Source: Candidatus Latescibacterota bacterium (GTDB lineage Bacteria > Latescibacterota > UBA2968 > UBA8231). Taken from it: a stretch of DNA of 64,000 nt. Location of the stretch: assembly GCA_965203175.1 (NCBI GenBank), contig OZ241867.1, positions 1,600,001-1,664,000 on the forward strand, in the 5' to 3' direction. A model generated the notes under the pieces. The model was given only the letters and a program-made list of their open reading frames with translations, was not told the DNA's origin and made no database searches. Every line of letters starts with the position of its first letter. Position 1 is the first letter of the stretch. Below, one piece after another: positions 45,601 through 54,823 of the stretch. The position numbers and the translations under genes were made by a program.

Positions 45601-46481
45601 CCGTCGAACTCGACGCGTGGAAAAAGGCGGCCCAACAGTGGGAACGGGAGGGGATAACTACGTGGGATTTCGGCGACCCGCCCGCCCGCATAGAGGTGAC
45701 CCAAGCGGGCGGGGTGCCGCTCTATGGCTGGCCCGGCCTCCGCCGCGACGAAGGCGGGGTGTCGCTGCGGCTCTACAAAAATCGCGCCGAAGCCGAAGCC
45801 CGCTCGCGGGAGGGGTTCTTGGGCCTGTGCGCCTTGGCGTTGCGCGACGAGTTGGCGTGGCTCCGGCGCGAACTCCAAGAGCTGGCGCAGTTCAAGGCGC
45901 GCTATCAAGGCAGTTCGCTAGAATTGCGCACCCAAGCGTTTGAACATCTCGAGCGCTATCTCTTCCACCGCGAGCAAATCCTACCCCTGCGCCAAGAAGA
46001 CTTCGACGCCGTGCTGATGCAGGCTAAGCAACGGCTGCGCGGCTTGGCCTCGCGCTTCATCTCCTTGGTCGATAGCTTGCTCGAAGCCCGCCGCGAAATT
46101 CTCCTCTCAGGCCAGTCCTATCGCGGGCTGGACGCAGACTTGGAGCGGCTGCTACCCGACGATTTTCTCGCCCGCGTCCCCTTCCACCATCTCAGCCACC
46201 TGCACCGCTACCTAAAAGCCGTCGCGGTGCGCGCCGAGCGCGCCGCAACCGATCCGCGCAAGGACACACAGAAAGCCGAGTTGATCGAGGTGTACCAGAG
46301 CCAGTTGGAAAAGCTCGTCGGGGAGACCAATTCGCCCGAGCGAGCGAGCCAAATCGAGGAATTGCGTTGGATGCTGGAAGAATATCGCGTCTCGGTCTTC
46401 GCCCAGGAGTTGGGTACCGCCCACCCGATTTCCCCCAAGCGGCTCGACAAGAAAATCGAGCAGATTCGTCAAATCCGGTGA
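42606..46481 (+). CDS. hrpA: ATP-dependent RNA helicase HrpA
   Basis: GETGSGKSTQLPK, TQPRR, DEAH, SAT, TNIAETS, QREGRCGR, C-terminal WMLEEYRVSVFAQELGT. Confidence 0.95.
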   Translation: MSETPTKPHPIAALKTLLPQCMLQDRVRIKRRLNRRLNPEEIERLLGQARSSARLRQRRRKSRPVPTYPAALPISDRRDEILAAIKAHPVVVVAGETGSGKSTQLPKICLEAGRGEVARIAVTQPRRVAALSIAQRVAEELKVTYGRDIGCKIRFRDQTAPETCIKIMTDGMLLAETQTDPDLLEYDTIIVDEAHERSLNIDFLLGYLRLLRRKRPDLKIVITSATIDTETFSKAFDDAPVIEVSGRMFPVEVRYWPLDEILQARGDYTYLDAAASAVDEILRTSRQGDLLVFLPSERDIRETRERLEGRKLRGVEILPLFGRLTAGEQQRVFAPGDRRRVVLATNIAETSLTIPRIRYVVDTGLARLSRYNPRTHTQRLPIEPISQSSARQREGRCGRVADGVCIRLYSEQDFLSRPEYTQPEIQRANLAEVILRMINLKLGDIEAFPFIDPPAKAAIVGGFQLLSQLNALDENRALTSIGRAMARLPIDPTVSRMLLQAREEQALSEVLVIAAAISIQDPRERPLEEQDAADQMHRQFHDKNSDFLAYLNIWNAYHDKVESASQNQLRKFCKAHYLSYMRMREWRDIHAQIRETLNEIKGFRFNREPAGYDAIHRAVLTGLLSSVARQEEGNIYQAARNREVMIFPGSGLFRPNKGKEPDKGGPPGWLVAAEIVETSRLFARTVSRIQPEWLAELGSHLCRASYDQPYFNARSGRVLVREKQTLYGLEVLSRRIPYSRINAREATEIFIREALVPGTVHTPHKFLAHNIRLCQKIETWQTRARGLADVHVEEAAARFYSQYLDDVSSLPDLNRFLKDKADDFLVMQEEDLLGTTRDDFDQQAFPDALDLDGNKLALSYAYRPGQDEDGITVKLPYKLAHAVDPEILEWLVPGLLEEKITILLRSLPKSLRKQLVPIPEKAQRIAADLKPTHPTFLESLQDHIRQHYHIQIEASDWNADDLPDHLKMRVDIQGTNDQSVAAGRDLQQLTQSLEQHDTPVELDAWKKAAQQWEREGITTWDFGDPPARIEVTQAGGVPLYGWPGLRRDEGGVSLRLYKNRAEAEARSREGFLGLCALALRDELAWLRRELQELAQFKARYQGSSLELRTQAFEHLERYLFHREQILPLRQEDFDAVLMQAKQRLRGLASRFISLVDSLLEARREILLSGQSYRGLDADLERLLPDDFLARVPFHHLSHLHRYLKAVAVRAERAATDPRKDTQKAELIEVYQSQLEKLVGETNSPERASQIEELRWMLEEYRVSVFAQELGTAHPISPKRLDKKIEQIRQIR

Positions 46482-47083
46482 TCCGCGCCCTGATCTTCGA
46501 TCTTTGCGACACCGTAGTGCGGACTGCCGGCCTGCCCGGATTGGCTCTTCTGCCCGGAGTTAGTGTTCGGCGCTTGGAGCAGTGGTTCAGCGACAGGGCG
46601 GAGTTTCTCGCCTTTGAACGCGGCGAAATCGGCGCGGCGGCCTTCCTCGCCGCCTTGCGTCAGGGCACGGGCCTACGCGCTACCGACGACGACTTGGGCC
46701 GCGCCTACGAAGAATTAATCCTGTACGAGATCGAGGGCGTCGCTCCGCTGCTCCGGCAGCTAGCCACCGAGTATCCTCTGTACGCGCTATCGAACAACAA
46801 CGAATTGCTCTGGCGCGGCATCCAGCGCGTCTGCACTACCCTCGATGTTTTTGAGCAGGTGTTCCTCTCGCAGGAAACCGGCCTGCTCAAACCCGATCCT
46901 GCGGCCTTCTGCTACGCGCTGGAACAGATTGGCTGTCAGCCGCGAGAAGTTGTGCTAATCGACGACAACCCGCAGTGCGTGGCCGCGGCTGCGGCGCTGG
47001 GCTTGGAGACGGTTCTCTTCTGCGACGCCGCACAAACCGCGCGCGAGTTAACCGAAATTTTGGACAGCAAAAATCGCGCGTAG
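46478..47083 (+). CDS. HAD-family phosphatase (YihX-like)
   Basis: GTG overlapping the hrpA stop. IFDL..T, LSN, LKPDP, IDD. Confidence 0.85.
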   Translation: MIRALIFDLCDTVVRTAGLPGLALLPGVSVRRLEQWFSDRAEFLAFERGEIGAAAFLAALRQGTGLRATDDDLGRAYEELILYEIEGVAPLLRQLATEYPLYALSNNNELLWRGIQRVCTTLDVFEQVFLSQETGLLKPDPAAFCYALEQIGCQPREVVLIDDNPQCVAAAAALGLETVLFCDAAQTARELTEILDSKNRA

Positions 47084-47091
47084 AACGGCGA

Positions 47092-47898
47092 TCAGACGTT
47101 CGCCACCAGCCACTGGTAGCACTTTTCGTATCCCACCTGTCCCTCGGTTTCCGGCCCTTCGTATTCAGCCGTCCAAGCTCCGTCGTAGCCAGCCGCTTTG
47201 AGGCACTTGACCGCGTGATCGAGGTGGATTTCTCCCTCGCCCAATGCCGCCCCTTTGTAATTTTGCCGCGAGCCGGTTCCGTCCTTCATGTGGGTGTGGA
47301 AGACGTGCGGAGCCAGTATTTCATAGAAGTGGTCGATTCGGTCTAGCTCGTGCCCGAACCAGCGGTAGTTCATGGTGTCCAAATTGACGCCGAGTCGGTC
47401 CGAGCCAACGCGCTCGATCAGGCTTAACTGCCAATCGCCGTCGTTGGTGGAAATCCCGTGGTTGTCGAGGGCGATCCGAACGTTGTACTCTTCGAGAAAA
47501 TCGGCGCAGCGCTTGAAGGCTTCGAGCATCATGCCGTCCCACTGGTCCTCTGGGACGTCGTCGTTGCGATTCCAGCCGCCGTCCGAGCGCACGATGTCCG
47601 TGCCGGTTGTGGGGATGATTTGGCAGACGTAGCGGTAGCGCTCGATTTGCGCGTCCAAGTCGCGGGGATCGGCTTGCAGGAAGTCATTGCCAGCCGCTAC
47701 CGCCGAGGCCTGCATCCCGTATTTGGCTAACAATTCGCGCGTGGCTGCGGCCGTCTGCTCGCCGTTTTTGGACTCGCCATCCCAGATGTCGCCGATCCGC
47801 AACTCGCAGTACTGGTAGCCGATTTCGCTAGCTCGCCGGGCGAAACCCTCTAAGTCGCAGCCGGGCCAGTTGTAGTGGATTGCGCCGATTTTTGCCAT
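47092..47898 (-). CDS. Sugar-phosphate isomerase/epimerase
   Basis: DNH, LDTMN, HMKD, LGEGEI, YDG..TAEYEG. RBS GAGGAG. Confidence 0.88.
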   Translation of the reverse strand: MAKIGAIHYNWPGCDLEGFARRASEIGYQYCELRIGDIWDGESKNGEQTAAATRELLAKYGMQASAVAAGNDFLQADPRDLDAQIERYRYVCQIIPTTGTDIVRSDGGWNRNDDVPEDQWDGMMLEAFKRCADFLEEYNVRIALDNHGISTNDGDWQLSLIERVGSDRLGVNLDTMNYRWFGHELDRIDHFYEILAPHVFHTHMKDGTGSRQNYKGAALGEGEIHLDHAVKCLKAAGYDGAWTAEYEGPETEGQVGYEKCYQWLVANV

Positions 47899-47921
47899 GT
47901 TCGTACTCCTCTTGTTTAGGT

Positions 47922-50036
47922 TCAGTAAAGCCGCCACACCTGCGTCTGTAGCGGCATGAGGCTGACCTCCGAGACCTCGTCGCTGGCGGGCATAGCCTCA
48001 ATCGCAAGGGCTTCGTACGTGTCGAAGCACTTTTGGCGCGCTGCGGGCGACTGCGGCAGGTAATCAAAGCGATAGGAAGTCCGCCGCACGGTGCGCGGAT
48101 CGAAGTTGTGCGCCACCAATAGCGCGCCTCGCTCAGTATAGCGCACATACGCCAGAATGCGGTCGTCCGGGTCGCCGCCAGCAAATTCGTTGCGGTGGAA
48201 GTACACCTCTCCGTCGCAAAATTCCGGCCATTCCTTTTGCAGTGCGAAGAGACGTTCGTAGGCCCTCGCTAGGCTGGCGTGCGGCTCGCGCTCGGCCCAG
48301 TCGAAGTGCAGGAGGGTTTCGTTTTCAAAGTCGGTGCGCGTTTCCTCGCCCCACTCACTACCCAACTCCAAACCCCGCGTCAGATTGCACCCAGAGGCCA
48401 AACCAGCCGAGCAATCGATCAAGGCAGCCTGCAAATTCTTGAGTAATGCCATCAGCAACGCCCGGTCTCCTGGGTGGATGGGACAGGTGAGGCCCTGCCA
48501 GTAGTCCTGCGCCTGCTTCTCGCATTGCAAGAGTTCCCGGAACCGCTCGTGCCACACTTGGGTGGCGCGCGGGCTGTCGTGGTTTTCAAAGTAGGCCATG
48601 GCCACGGTGCCGGGCGCGAAGGTGCGATGCATCTCCTCTAGGAAATCGATGAGGGGTTGGGCGTGCTCGACATCGCGGTGATAGTCAACTAAGAGCGCGT
48701 AGATCATATCTGTCGGGACGTCCACTGCTTCGGTCAGCGGGCACAGCGTCTCGCCCAACACCAACGCCTCGGGTGCGACAGCTTGAATGCGGTTCTTGAG
48801 CTTTTTGAGGAAGGGCCGGTCAATGGTCTGACTGGCGTCGATCCGCACCCCGTCTAACCCGCATTGCTCGATCCAATACGGGGCGATCTCCAGTAGGTAC
48901 TCTTGCAACGGCTGATTGTAAACCAAGTCGAAGAGCGCCACGTCCGAATAGACCAGCCAAGCGATCTGATGGATTTGCGGCACCCCGCATTCATCGCGCA
49001 GATACCACTCGGGATGCTCGGCGATCAGCGGGCAGTCGCGGCTGCTCTGCATCAGCACCAAGTCGAAGATGACCTTCTTGCCGAGGGCGTGTGCCTTCCT
49101 AGTCAGCACCCGCAACTCAGCGCGACCGACGAGCTGGACGAAGGCGTCGTGGCCGAGTGCCTTTTCCACTTGGGCCGCTGACAGCCCGGCGAGACCTTCC
49201 ATCTCGTTTGGGAGCACGAAACCTTCCGCCACCAGTGCCTCCCAATCCACTTCCTCGATCGGCGAAACCAGTTCGGGATCAACTTGGAAAAAATCCCGTA
49301 TAGCATAGACGCTGCCGAGGGCACCCTTGCGCACATCCGCGCCGGTGTGCAGGTCCGCAAAACCCGGACGAAAAAAGGGCAGCAGATAGATCACGTCGGC
49401 AGGTATGTCCTCTAAGCGCCGCGTCAGTTCGGCGAGCCGGCCCGAGCGGAAGCGATCCCCTTCGACGTGCGCACCTACCTTGCGCACACATACCTCGGCG
49501 ACCGTCGGCCCCGTGCGCACCCACTCCGGGCTGACGACGACGACCCCGTCGCGGTTTTCAGCCAAGTCGTTGAGGCTGATCCACTCCTTGCGCCCGGCCT
49601 CGGCGTAGCTATCGGCGGAAAACTCCACCGCGTAGTTGAAGGTGCCGGTACGCCCAAGTGTGAAAGCAGCCGACTCAAAGACGAGATTGTTGTCGGCGAG
49701 GATGGGAATACCTTCCTCGTCAACAAGCAGCCGCATCTCCACGTAATCATTTGTCCCATTAGCATCGGTCCACAGCCGCGCATCCACATCTCCCAACTGG
49801 ACTTCGTGCGGATCAACGGAGGCGACGAAAAGCTCGCAGCGCACTTGGGCCATGGCAACCGTCTTGCCAGGTTCGATATAAGCCCTAGCAAGGGGCGGCT
49901 CACAAACCCGACCGTCGATTTCAATGGTCAGGTTGCCGCCCCACACCTGCCAGTTATCGAACTCGCGGCGCTGGTAGCGGCAGTGCAATTGTTCGTAGAA
50001 CGCGACGCGTAAACCGAAGACGGCCGTAACAGTCAA
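47922..50036 (-). CDS. GH13 alpha-amylase-family protein
   Basis: GSVYAIRD, VIFDLV, DGVRIDA, LGE, ENHD catalytic regions. Confidence 0.8.
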   Translation of the reverse strand: MTVTAVFGLRVAFYEQLHCRYQRREFDNWQVWGGNLTIEIDGRVCEPPLARAYIEPGKTVAMAQVRCELFVASVDPHEVQLGDVDARLWTDANGTNDYVEMRLLVDEEGIPILADNNLVFESAAFTLGRTGTFNYAVEFSADSYAEAGRKEWISLNDLAENRDGVVVVSPEWVRTGPTVAEVCVRKVGAHVEGDRFRSGRLAELTRRLEDIPADVIYLLPFFRPGFADLHTGADVRKGALGSVYAIRDFFQVDPELVSPIEEVDWEALVAEGFVLPNEMEGLAGLSAAQVEKALGHDAFVQLVGRAELRVLTRKAHALGKKVIFDLVLMQSSRDCPLIAEHPEWYLRDECGVPQIHQIAWLVYSDVALFDLVYNQPLQEYLLEIAPYWIEQCGLDGVRIDASQTIDRPFLKKLKNRIQAVAPEALVLGETLCPLTEAVDVPTDMIYALLVDYHRDVEHAQPLIDFLEEMHRTFAPGTVAMAYFENHDSPRATQVWHERFRELLQCEKQAQDYWQGLTCPIHPGDRALLMALLKNLQAALIDCSAGLASGCNLTRGLELGSEWGEETRTDFENETLLHFDWAEREPHASLARAYERLFALQKEWPEFCDGEVYFHRNEFAGGDPDDRILAYVRYTERGALLVAHNFDPRTVRRTSYRFDYLPQSPAARQKCFDTYEALAIEAMPASDEVSEVSLMPLQTQVWRLY

Positions 50037-50052
50037 AGAATTCTCTCCAAAT

Positions 50053-51021
50053 TCACCGATGGTTCTGCCGATAGTGCCGCTTGAGCAGATCCTCGCCGAA
50101 ATCGTTGTGCAGGTCGCGCCAAACTGCGTGGATGTGATTGGCGTCGTTTTGAGTGTTGTCGTACTCGGCTAGGAAACCCGGCCCCTGTACCCGGTAGTAG
50201 TGCGGTCCCCCGCGTTCCTCTGCGCCGGCCCAAGCAAAGTGCGCCGCCCGCAAATACGCTGCTCCGAGTCGTTCCCATTCGGCTTCGGCCAGCGCTTCGG
50301 GCAAGCGCCGTACGTACACTTCGATCAAGGCGTCCAAGATCTGGCGCTGCGCCGCGCTCATCTCCGCGCTGCCCAACCCCTCCGGCTCGACCTCGCCGTG
50401 CACGTGGGGCACGTTGGTCGTGAGAATGTCCCTTGGAGCTTCGGCTCTGACGATGGCCACTGCTTTCTGTTCGCCGTCCAACTCGTGCAAAAGCTGCCGC
50501 CCCAGATCCTCTTCCTCCCGCAAAGCCCGCAGTCCAGTTTGCTCGCCGTGGCGCACCTCAGCGGGGTTTGAGCCAAAAAACAGCGGCGTCGATCCCAGCC
50601 GACCTTGTACTACCGTGTGGTTGAGCGAGACGTGATGGCCCTCAAAGCGCCAGCCCCAGGGCGCGTCGCCACCCGGCTTGCCGAAAATGCTCACGTAGTA
50701 CAGCCCGGGATCGCGCTGGAAGCGCCGCCCCGCTCCTTCTAGTTCGGCCAGTATCGGCTCCAGCGAAATGATCGTCGAGACTTTTTCGTACCCCGACGCG
50801 CTGACTCCGGTCGCTACCAGCGCGTGCGCTAGCGCCCGCTGGCGCTGGTCCATTTCCTTTAGCGGCAATCCGGCGCGCTCCCTCGGAATGTAGTGCCAGT
50901 TTTTGCGCTCCGCGCTGTCGGCAAAGTCGATCACCGCCTTCTGCCGTCCGGCCTCGTCCAGTGATGCGAGGAAATTGCCAGCGGCCTCGGCCATGCGCTG
51001 TACTGTATTAGTGTGGTCCAT
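50053..51021 (-). CDS. DUF3500 domain-containing protein
   Basis: WHYIP, WGWRFEGHH, PLFFG, YYRVQGP, EYDNTQ..ANHIH.VWRD..DFG. Confidence 0.88.
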   Translation of the reverse strand: MDHTNTVQRMAEAAGNFLASLDEAGRQKAVIDFADSAERKNWHYIPRERAGLPLKEMDQRQRALAHALVATGVSASGYEKVSTIISLEPILAELEGAGRRFQRDPGLYYVSIFGKPGGDAPWGWRFEGHHVSLNHTVVQGRLGSTPLFFGSNPAEVRHGEQTGLRALREEEDLGRQLLHELDGEQKAVAIVRAEAPRDILTTNVPHVHGEVEPEGLGSAEMSAAQRQILDALIEVYVRRLPEALAEAEWERLGAAYLRAAHFAWAGAEERGGPHYYRVQGPGFLAEYDNTQNDANHIHAVWRDLHNDFGEDLLKRHYRQNHR

Positions 51022-51033
51022 GATCTTCCTTTC

Positions 51034-51834
51034 TCAAGTCGGCCTGCGCGCCGACAAATCGTCGTGCAAGTCGATGGTAGTGTACTCTTCGTATGCTTGC
51101 TTCACGGCGATGCGCACAAACTCCAGCTTTTCCGGGCCGGGATTGTAGATGCCGTGCCCCTGCCCAATCCCCTGCCAAGTAACTGACTCTGGTTCTACAG
51201 CAAAAGTCTCGTCGTCAATCGTCATCAGCCCTTGTCCCTTTAGTACTACAAAGCTCTCTTCGAGGAAGTCGTGATAGTGATACCCTACCGATCCCCCCGC
51301 GTCGAGGATCGCGTGATCGAGAAAAGTCCAGTCACTGTAGAAGTCATCAGGAGAAAGCACGTGCCGAGTCGCGATTTGCCCACAGCCGCCGTGGATTGCG
51401 TCGCGCCACGTTAGCGCTTGCTCGTCAAAGGTGCCAGCCTTGGGCTGCACACCTTCCTGCGTCTCTGCATCCGCGTCCAGCTCGACACACACGCGCAGCA
51501 CGTTCACAGATGCATCGGTCAAATTTTTCAACTCGTGAACGCATCCGGTAGGTTTGACGACAAAACAGGGTCCTTCTCCGCTTTCCACTCGCTGCTGCCC
51601 CACGGTCAATTCCACCGGCCCGCCCGTAAACACATAGCCCTGTTCACAAGCCGTTCCTGTACCTGCGACCGGGAACGGTTCCCCCGGTGCCAATACCCAA
51701 TAATCGAACGCCTCCCACGGCGTCTCTGGCCGCAACCCCGCAAAGATCGGGCAGCCTTCTTGGTCTAACTCATCAAGACGGACGTGTTTCATGCTTTTCT
51801 CTATCATCCTCTGCCATCCCGCTAAACTACGCAT
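51034..51834 (-). CDS. Bicupin protein
   Basis: HYH..EE..G..HG..N C-terminal cupin plus a degenerate N-terminal cupin. Start probably a downstream ATG. Confidence 0.75.
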   Translation of the reverse strand: MRSLAGWQRMIEKSMKHVRLDELDQEGCPIFAGLRPETPWEAFDYWVLAPGEPFPVAGTGTACEQGYVFTGGPVELTVGQQRVESGEGPCFVVKPTGCVHELKNLTDASVNVLRVCVELDADAETQEGVQPKAGTFDEQALTWRDAIHGGCGQIATRHVLSPDDFYSDWTFLDHAILDAGGSVGYHYHDFLEESFVVLKGQGLMTIDDETFAVEPESVTWQGIGQGHGIYNPGPEKLEFVRIAVKQAYEEYTTIDLHDDLSARRPT

Positions 51835-51855
51835 CCCAATCCCCCTTCACAAACC

Positions 51856-53016
51856 TTGACACCCTTCCGCTCAACCCCCAACATAAACGCCCATCTCTAC
51901 ACGGAGCTACCCAAATTGCCTACGAAAAAAGAACCCATTCGCGTCGCTGTTCTCGGCCAAGGCCGCTCTGGTCTCAACATCCACTGCCGCTACTTCAAAA
52001 CCGCCCCGCACAAATACCAAATAGTCGCCATCGCCGATCTCCTTGACGACCGCCGCCAGCGCGCCCAAAGCGAAATGGGCTGCGACGCGTACGCCGACTA
52101 CCGCGACCTTCTCGCGCGCGGCGATATCGACCTAGTCGTCAACGCCCTGCCCAGCCACCTCCATCCTCAAGCCACCATCGATTCCCTCAGCGCCGGCCAC
52201 CACACCATCTGCGAAAAACCCCTCGCCTGGAGCGTGGCCGAACTCGACACCATGATCGCCGCCGCCCACAAGGCAGATCGCCTGCTCCTCCCCTTCCAGC
52301 AATCGCGCAATGCGCCCCAATTTCAAAAGCTGCTCCAAGTCATTGATTCGGGCGTCCTCGGCCGCATTGTCCAAGTCTCAATCTCCTTCAGCGGTTTCGC
52401 CCGCCGCTGGGACTGGCAGACCCTGCAGGAGTACCGGGGCGGCAATCTGCTCAACACCGGCCCACACCCCATGGATCAAGCCATGCGCCTGCTCGACTTT
52501 AAAATGCCGGAGCAAATCCTCTGCGCCATGGATCGCGCCAGCACCTTCGGCGACGCCGAGGACTACGTCAAAATTCTATTGCGCACCAAAGACAAACCCG
52601 TCATCGACGTGGAAATCTCCTCCTGCACCACCTTCCCACAGCCCATGTACACCGTCCACGGCGAGCGCGGCGGCCTCTCCGGCGGCCCTGCGGGGCTGGC
52701 TTGGCGCTACTACGATCCGCAAAAGGCACCCGAGCAATCGCTCATCCGCAGCCCACTGCCCGGCCCGAGCTATTGCCGCGAAGAACTGAAAATGATCGAG
52801 CGGTCCTGGGGCCCCAACGAGAACGAGCAAAACTCGTTTGCCTATATGTCCAATGCTTATTACGACGGCGTATTCGCCGCGTTGCGGGAAGCAGCCCAAC
52901 CCGAGATCACGCCGCAACAGGTGCGCGTCCAAATTGCCGTCATCGAAGAATGCCACCGCCAGAACCACCTCTCCCAACTGCCGCCCCAAGGTTGGCCCAA
53001 GGAATGCACCACATGA
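51856..53016 (+). CDS. Gfo/Idh/MocA oxidoreductase
   Basis: GQGRSG, CEKP, GGNLLNTGPHPMD. Start uncertain. Confidence 0.9.
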   Translation: MTPFRSTPNINAHLYTELPKLPTKKEPIRVAVLGQGRSGLNIHCRYFKTAPHKYQIVAIADLLDDRRQRAQSEMGCDAYADYRDLLARGDIDLVVNALPSHLHPQATIDSLSAGHHTICEKPLAWSVAELDTMIAAAHKADRLLLPFQQSRNAPQFQKLLQVIDSGVLGRIVQVSISFSGFARRWDWQTLQEYRGGNLLNTGPHPMDQAMRLLDFKMPEQILCAMDRASTFGDAEDYVKILLRTKDKPVIDVEISSCTTFPQPMYTVHGERGGLSGGPAGLAWRYYDPQKAPEQSLIRSPLPGPSYCREELKMIERSWGPNENEQNSFAYMSNAYYDGVFAALREAAQPEITPQQVRVQIAVIEECHRQNHLSQLPPQGWPKECTT

Positions 53017-54038
53017 ACTCCGCCAAAGCGAACGCCCTCACTGCAGCCATCGCCAAGCTACCCCGCGTCCAGCTAGCTTCAATCCGCCCCACCCCGCTAG
53101 AGCCGCTGCCGCGCCTGACCGCTCACCTCGACAGCCCTGCGCTCTACATCAAGCGCGACGACCTGAACGGTCTGGCCTTTGGCGGCAACAAGACGCGGAT
53201 GTTCGAGTTTGCCCTAGCCGACGCCTTGGCCAAAGGTGCCGACACCATCGTCTCCGGCGCGGCAGTGCAGTCCAACTACTGCCGCCAACTCGCCGCAGCC
53301 TGCGCTAAACTAGACTTGGAACTGTACCTGCTCCTCCGGCCGGTGCGCGCAATTGACCACACTGAATCGCAGGGCAACAACCTACTACAGCACCTGCTCG
53401 GCGCACAGATCACCGTCCTAGCGGAAGGCGATTGGCACGCCCAACAAAACGCCATAGGAGCCAAGGTCGAAGAGCTTTCCGCACAGGGAAAAAACGCGTA
53501 CTGGCCGCGCCGCGAAGATACAATCGACCTCGACGCCATTGCCTATGCCGAAGCGGGCGTGGAAATTGCTCGCCAATGCCAAGAGCAGGGCATCGATCCG
53601 TCCTATCTCTACCTCTGTGCCCTCGATACCACCCAAGCCGGCTTGGCGTTAGGCCTAGCCTATATTGAGTCGCCGATCCAAGTCCGCGGCTTCAGCCCTT
53701 TCCCCGGTCCCGACAGCCACCACGAGGCCATGGCTTCCATCGCCAACCAAGCCGCCCGCCGCCTCGGCCTCGACATTGCCATGAGTGCCGCCGACTTTGA
53801 CAACGACAATTCCTTCGCTGGGGAGGGGTACGGCATCCCCACTCCCGCTGGCTTGGATGCCCTGCGCACGTTGGCGCGCAAAGAGGGCATTCTCCTCGAT
53901 CCCGTGTACACCAGCAAGGCCCTCGCCGGCCTTGTTGCCCACGTGCGCGACGGCAGGCTAGACGGCGAGGCGATCTTCCTGCACACCGGCGGCAACCCCG
54001 CCCTGTTCGCCTATGCTCAAGAAGTGCTCGCCGACTGA
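53013..54038 (+). CDS. PLP-dependent D-cysteine desulfhydrase / ACC deaminase / cysteate sulfo-lyase family
   Basis: PTPL, KRDDL..GGNKTR, QSNY, EGILLDPVYTSKA, FLHTGG. ATGA overlap with the upstream gene. Confidence 0.88.
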   Translation: MNSAKANALTAAIAKLPRVQLASIRPTPLEPLPRLTAHLDSPALYIKRDDLNGLAFGGNKTRMFEFALADALAKGADTIVSGAAVQSNYCRQLAAACAKLDLELYLLLRPVRAIDHTESQGNNLLQHLLGAQITVLAEGDWHAQQNAIGAKVEELSAQGKNAYWPRREDTIDLDAIAYAEAGVEIARQCQEQGIDPSYLYLCALDTTQAGLALGLAYIESPIQVRGFSPFPGPDSHHEAMASIANQAARRLGLDIAMSAADFDNDNSFAGEGYGIPTPAGLDALRTLARKEGILLDPVYTSKALAGLVAHVRDGRLDGEAIFLHTGGNPALFAYAQEVLAD

Positions 54039-54758
54039 ATGGATCCCTTTTTCCTGATCGGCGTCTCCTTCCTGACCTCGACCTTTACCGCCATCATCGG
54101 CGTGGGCGGCGGTATCGCGCTGATCTCGGTCATGCCGGGCTTGCTGCCCGCCGCAGCCATCATCCCCGTCCACGGGGCCGTGCAACTCGCCTCCAACGCC
54201 AGCCGCGTATTCTTTGGTCTGCGCCACATCGAGTGGCGCATCTTCTGGCCCTTCTCGGGTGGCTCAGTCCTCGGTGCTGTCGTGGGGGCACAGGTCGTCG
54301 GCGACTTTAGCTTCGACGATCTCCCCTTGTACCTGGGCGTCTTCATCCTCCTCGTCATCTGGGTTCCCGTGCCCAGCCGCGCTTTTCGCCTTCCCGGCCA
54401 CTTTGCCATTTTCGGTGCCCTCCAGACCTTCCTCGCCCTCTTCGTCGGCGTCGCCGGGCCCCTGAGCGGTGCCTTCTTAGCCAGCGCAGGTTTGCCCAAG
54501 GACCGCTTGGTCATTACCCACGGCACGGTCATGACCGTCACCCACCTGTGCAAAATCTTGGTCTTCGGCTTTGTCGGTTTCACCTTCGCTCCTTATCTGC
54601 CTCTCATCGCCGGGATGATTGGCGCGGCGGCGCTCGGCTCGTGGTGCGGGACGCGCTTGCGCGACCGGGTTTCCGAAAACCTCTTCCGCAAAGTCTTCAG
54701 GATAGTGATCACGCTCCTCTGTTTGCGCATGATCGTAGATGCGCTCTATGCGGCTTAG
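54039..54758 (+). CDS. TauE/SafE sulfite exporter family
   Basis: GVGGG, PVHGAVQL.SN.SR, ~8 TMs. Starts immediately after the desulfhydrase stop. Confidence 0.88.
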   Translation: MDPFFLIGVSFLTSTFTAIIGVGGGIALISVMPGLLPAAAIIPVHGAVQLASNASRVFFGLRHIEWRIFWPFSGGSVLGAVVGAQVVGDFSFDDLPLYLGVFILLVIWVPVPSRAFRLPGHFAIFGALQTFLALFVGVAGPLSGAFLASAGLPKDRLVITHGTVMTVTHLCKILVFGFVGFTFAPYLPLIAGMIGAAALGSWCGTRLRDRVSENLFRKVFRIVITLLCLRMIVDALYAA

Positions 54759-54823
54759 AGGCAGTCGGTTGCAGAAGCGAACTTCGCGGGCTTATTTTAG
54801 TAACTCTTGTAAAGGAAACCTCT

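Noticed and set aside
52701-53012. Long N-terminal extensions in the ORF track (also 46367 and 54548)
   Set aside because: They overlap upstream genes. Coupled or RBS-supported starts at 53013, 46478 and 54824 fit the family lengths.
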